From Candidatus Eiseniibacteriota bacterium (GTDB lineage Bacteria; Eisenbacteria; RBG-16-71-46; DASYSL01), in NCBI GenBank assembly GCA_046598045.1, contig JBKJJJ010000084.1, forward strand, positions 1-29,116: a stretch of DNA of 29,116 nt, in the 5' to 3' direction. Of the stretch, positions 26,188 through 29,116 are shown piece by piece (the stretch's first letter is position 1; each line of letters opens with the position of its first letter). The notes under the pieces were generated by a model, which was given only the letters and a program-made list of their open reading frames with translations, was not told where the DNA came from and searched no databases. A program made the position numbers and the translations under genes.

Positions 26188-26958
26188 CTACTGGATGAGC
26201 CGCCCGGCGACGCCGAGCGTGATGGTCTGCCCGCGCAGCACGCGCGCGCCCGGAGCCGGCGTCTGGGTCTCGATGCGCGCGAAGTTCGAGCCGGGGCCCG
26301 TGGCCTGCACGCGGAAACCGAGCGCCTCGAGATCTCGCTGCGCGGCCTGCGCGTCCCGGCCCACGAGGTCGGGCATGACGTAGGCCTCGGGCTCGGACGC
26401 GATGCACAGGAGCAGGTTCACCGCCGAGCCGCGCGCGACGACGGCGCCAAGCGGCGGCTCGGTCGCGACCACGAGCCCCGGCCCGACCTCCGAGGTGACC
26501 ACGCGCCCGAGCGCGCCGGCCCGGAGCCCCGCGCGATCGATCAGGAGGCGCGCGCTGCGCAGCGACTCGCCGAACAGCTCGGGGATGTTGGCGTACTCCT
26601 CGCCGAGGCTGAGCGCGACCGACACGCGCCGGCCGGCCTTGACGAAGCGGCCCGACTCGGGATCCTGCGCGATCACGAAGCCGCGCGGGATCGCCGGGTC
26701 GAAGCGCTCGGACGAGACCGAGAGCGTCAGCCCGGTGCGGGAGAGCAGCTTCTCGGCCTGGTCGCGATTGAGGTTCGAGAGATCGGGCACCGTGACGTCC
26801 CCCCCCGAGCGTACGAAGCGCGGCATCACCACCTCGTCGAACAGCACGAGCCCGGTGACGAACGCAATCCCGGCGATGATCGCCGTGCCGAGGAGCGCGC
26901 TGACGGAGGTCAGCAGCGCGCGACCCGCACTGCGGCGCGGGGGCGGCTCGTCGCTCAC
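26188..26958 (-). CDS. PASTA domain-containing membrane protein (1 TM helix, 3 PASTA domains, no kinase domain)
   Basis: N-terminal TM helix followed by VPDLSNL..VIAQDP, IPELFG..VVATEP and MPDLVG..QTPAPG repeats. Confidence 0.9.
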   Translation of the reverse strand: MSDEPPPRRSAGRALLTSVSALLGTAIIAGIAFVTGLVLFDEVVMPRFVRSGGDVTVPDLSNLNRDQAEKLLSRTGLTLSVSSERFDPAIPRGFVIAQDPESGRFVKAGRRVSVALSLGEEYANIPELFGESLRSARLLIDRAGLRAGALGRVVTSEVGPGLVVATEPPLGAVVARGSAVNLLLCIASEPEAYVMPDLVGRDAQAAQRDLEALGFRVQATGPGSNFARIETQTPAPGARVLRGQTITLGVAGRLIQ

Positions 26959-29116
26959 GACGCGGCGGCCGCTTTCACGAGGCGCACGGCGAACGCACCA
27001 TCAGTGCCGTGTCGGTTCGGCAGGATGCGCATCGATCCCCCCTCCTCGACCAATGCCGCCGCCACGGACTGGGCCGCGTCATCCTTCTTCCACTCGGGGT
27101 TTCCGGCGAGGAAGGAGGCGACGACCTCGTCGGTCTCCTCCGGCTCGAACGAGCACACACTGTAGACCAGGACGCCGCCCGGTTTCACCGCGCTCGCGGC
27201 GGCGCGCAGCAGGCGGCCCTGCAGCCCGGCCAGCTCGGAGAAGCCTTCGGCCTCCTTGCGCCAGCGCGCGTCGGCGCGGCGCGCGAGCACGCCCAGGCTG
27301 GAGCACGGCGCATCCACGATCGCGCGGTCGTACGGCCCGCCCTTGCCGAGCGCGAGCAGGTTGACCTCGGTGCCGTCGCCCACCTCGACCGTGATCGTCT
27401 TGAGGCCGAGGCGCTCGATCTGGCGCTGCATCGAGCGCGCGCGCGGGGGCATCTTCTCGAGCGCGATGATCTCACCCACGTCGCCCATCTGTTCGGCCAT
27501 GTGCGTCGACTTGCCGCCCGGCGCGGCGCACAGGTCGAGCACGCGTTCGCCCGAGCGGGCGCCGACGAGCAGGCCGACCATGGTCTCGCTCTCGTCCTGC
27601 ACGGTGCAATCGCCGCGCGCGTACGAGGGGAAGTTCCCGAAGTCGGCGTCGCTCTCGATCGCGACCGAAACGTTCGACCACTTGCCCGGCTCTGCGTGCA
27701 GCCCGGCGGCTTCGAGGCGTTTGATGAGTTCCTTCTGGTCGAGCCGCAGGCGATTCGCGCGCAGGCCGAGCGCGGCCGTGCGGTTGTTCGCCTCGCACAG
27801 CGCGAGCGTCTCGTCGACGCCGTAGCGCGCGAGCCAGCGCTCGACCAGCCAGCGCGGGTGCGACGTGATCGCGGTGATGCCGTCGACGTCCGGCGTCTCG
27901 TCGATCTTGTAGACCGCAGGCGACGGCAGTTCGCGCGTGCCGACCTCGTCCGCGAGGCGGCGCAGCACGCTGTTCGACAGCCCCGCGGTGCCCGGGTGCC
28001 CGTACTTGAGCGCGAGCTTGACCGCCTCGTCCACCGCGGCGCGCGGCGGGATGCGGTCGAGATAGATCATCTGGTAGGCCCCGAGCCGGAGGCCGTTCTG
28101 GATCCACAGCGGCAGGCTCGCGAGCCCGACGTGGAGCAGCCGGTTGAGGTGCCAGTCGAGCGTGCCGCGCCGGCGCAGCGTGCCCTTGACCAGCTCGTTG
28201 AGGAAGCCGCGATCGCGCTGGTCGAGCCGGAACTGCTCGGCGAGATCGTCGATCACGCGTTCGGCGAACGCGCGCTTGACCTGCACCTGGAACAGCACCT
28301 GGAGCGCGAGGTCACGCACGTTCGCTCCGCGGCGCGGCGCGGTTGCGGCCGGCGCGCTGCCAACCGCCTTCTCGCGCACGCGGCCCGCGGCGCGCGGGTC
28401 GGTCGTGATCGGCCGTCCGGTCGCAGCGTCGAAGCGGGTCGGGCGCGCGTGGCGCTTCCCGGTGGCTTCGGTCGGCGTGCGCCGGGGCCCGCGCGCATCG
28501 CGCGGAACCTTGGGCCCGGTATAGCGTTCCTTGCCTCCGAACTTGGGTGCGCCGCCGGTGCGGGGACCTGCGCTCGTGCGCGGGCCGGTGCTGGTCCGCG
28601 GACCGGTGCTCGTGCGCGGGCCGGCGCTGGTCCGCGGACCGGTGCTCGTGCGCGGGCCGAAGGTCGTGCGTGGGCCGGTGCCCTCGCGCTTGAAGCCGCC
28701 CTCGCGACGAGGACCGGAACTTGTGCGCGGGCCGGAACCTGTACGCGGACCGGAACCTGTACGCGGCGCGCCCGGGCGAGTGAAGGCGCCCTCGCGCTTG
28801 AAGCCGCCTTCGCGACGTGGGCCGGCGCTCGAACGTGGACCCGAGCTGGTGCGCGGGCCGGAGCTCGTACGCGGGCCGGAGCTCGTACGCGAACCCGAGC
28901 TCGAACGCGGGCTGTCAGCGCGCGTGAACGACCCCTCGCGCTTGAAGCCGCCTTCGCGACGAGGGCCGGCGCTCGAACGTGGACCCGAGCTGGTACGCGG
29001 ACCGGAGCCGGTACGAGGGCCGGAGCCGGTGCGCGGGCCGGAGCTCGTCCGCGGACCGCTGCTCGAACGCGGGCTGTCCGAACGCGTGTAGCCGCCTTCG
29101 CGACGAGGGCCCGAGC
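26955..29116 (-). CDS. rsmB: 16S rRNA m5C967 methyltransferase RsmB (NusB-like plus MTase domains) with long repeat-rich N-terminal extension; 5' end lies outside the window
   Basis: Motifs LRLGAYQM, AVDEAVKLA, SHPRWL, VQDE, LDLCAAPGGKS, DAPCS, YSVCS. Hand translation from 29114 down to 28380 is in the same frame with no stop. Confidence 0.93.
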   Translation of the reverse strand, partial: SGPRREGGYTRSDSPRSSSGPRTSSGPRTGSGPRTGSGPRTSSGPRSSAGPRREGGFKREGSFTRADSPRSSSGSRTSSGPRTSSGPRTSSGPRSSAGPRREGGFKREGAFTRPGAPRTGSGPRTGSGPRTSSGPRREGGFKREGTGPRTTFGPRTSTGPRTSAGPRTSTGPRTSTGPRTSAGPRTGGAPKFGGKERYTGPKVPRDARGPRRTPTEATGKRHARPTRFDAATGRPITTDPRAAGRVREKAVGSAPAATAPRRGANVRDLALQVLFQVQVKRAFAERVIDDLAEQFRLDQRDRGFLNELVKGTLRRRGTLDWHLNRLLHVGLASLPLWIQNGLRLGAYQMIYLDRIPPRAAVDEAVKLALKYGHPGTAGLSNSVLRRLADEVGTRELPSPAVYKIDETPDVDGITAITSHPRWLVERWLARYGVDETLALCEANNRTAALGLRANRLRLDQKELIKRLEAAGLHAEPGKWSNVSVAIESDADFGNFPSYARGDCTVQDESETMVGLLVGARSGERVLDLCAAPGGKSTHMAEQMGDVGEIIALEKMPPRARSMQRQIERLGLKTITVEVGDGTEVNLLALGKGGPYDRAIVDAPCSSLGVLARRADARWRKEAEGFSELAGLQGRLLRAAASAVKPGGVLVYSVCSFEPEETDEVVASFLAGNPEWKKDDAAQSVAAALVEEGGSMRILPNRHGTDGAFAVRLVKAAAAS
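28556..29116 (-). repeat. Coding tandem repeats: 18-bp GPR(T/S)xx units with a higher-order 144-bp period
   Basis: 21 GPR tripeptides counted. RREGG(F/Y) blocks recur at spacings of 108, 144 and 144 bp. Confidence 0.92.

Noticed and set aside
28531..29091. Plus-strand 186-aa VRGP-repeat ORF, or a CRISPR array
   Set aside because: The repeat units are multiples of 3, have no unique spacers and no cas genes nearby, and read in frame with rsmB on the minus strand.

Overview
High-GC bacterial chromosomal window, almost entirely coded on the minus strand. Gene content (PorX-type REC-PglZ regulator, Bacteroidota-type LptD, a protein with a FlgD-Ig/T9SS-like C-terminal domain) suggests an FCB-associated lineage such as Ca. 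Eisenbacteria; this is inference only. In transcription order the minus strand reads: rsmB (runs off the window), PASTA protein, rpe, Yip1-like protein, family-5 uracil-DNA glycosylase, then btpA-like on the plus strand, then ffh, rpsP, hemC, hemD, hemB, hemL, serS, GNAT, a 14-repeat FG-GAP/VCBS secreted protein, histidine kinase, hypothetical exported protein, porX-like, tsaE, tsaB-rimI fusion, accD, folC, OstA-LptD fusion, and a secreted metallophosphoesterase-like gene that runs off the window. The most notable hidden signals are: (1) an in-frame UGA in a PCG-U-xxxx-GGLAR motif with a SECIS-like hairpin, indicating a probable selenoprotein that the ORF track truncates; (2) RsmB with an in-frame N-terminal extension of at least 245 aa built largely of GPR-T/S-x-x repeats; (3) a palindromic element inserted in frame in the UDG gene; (4) a single-chain OstA/LptA plus LptD fusion; (5) a PorX-like regulator apparently co-transcribed with a kinase, next to a T9SS-like cargo gene; (6) probable CTG start codons. 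No rRNA, tRNA, CRISPR or transposase was seen.
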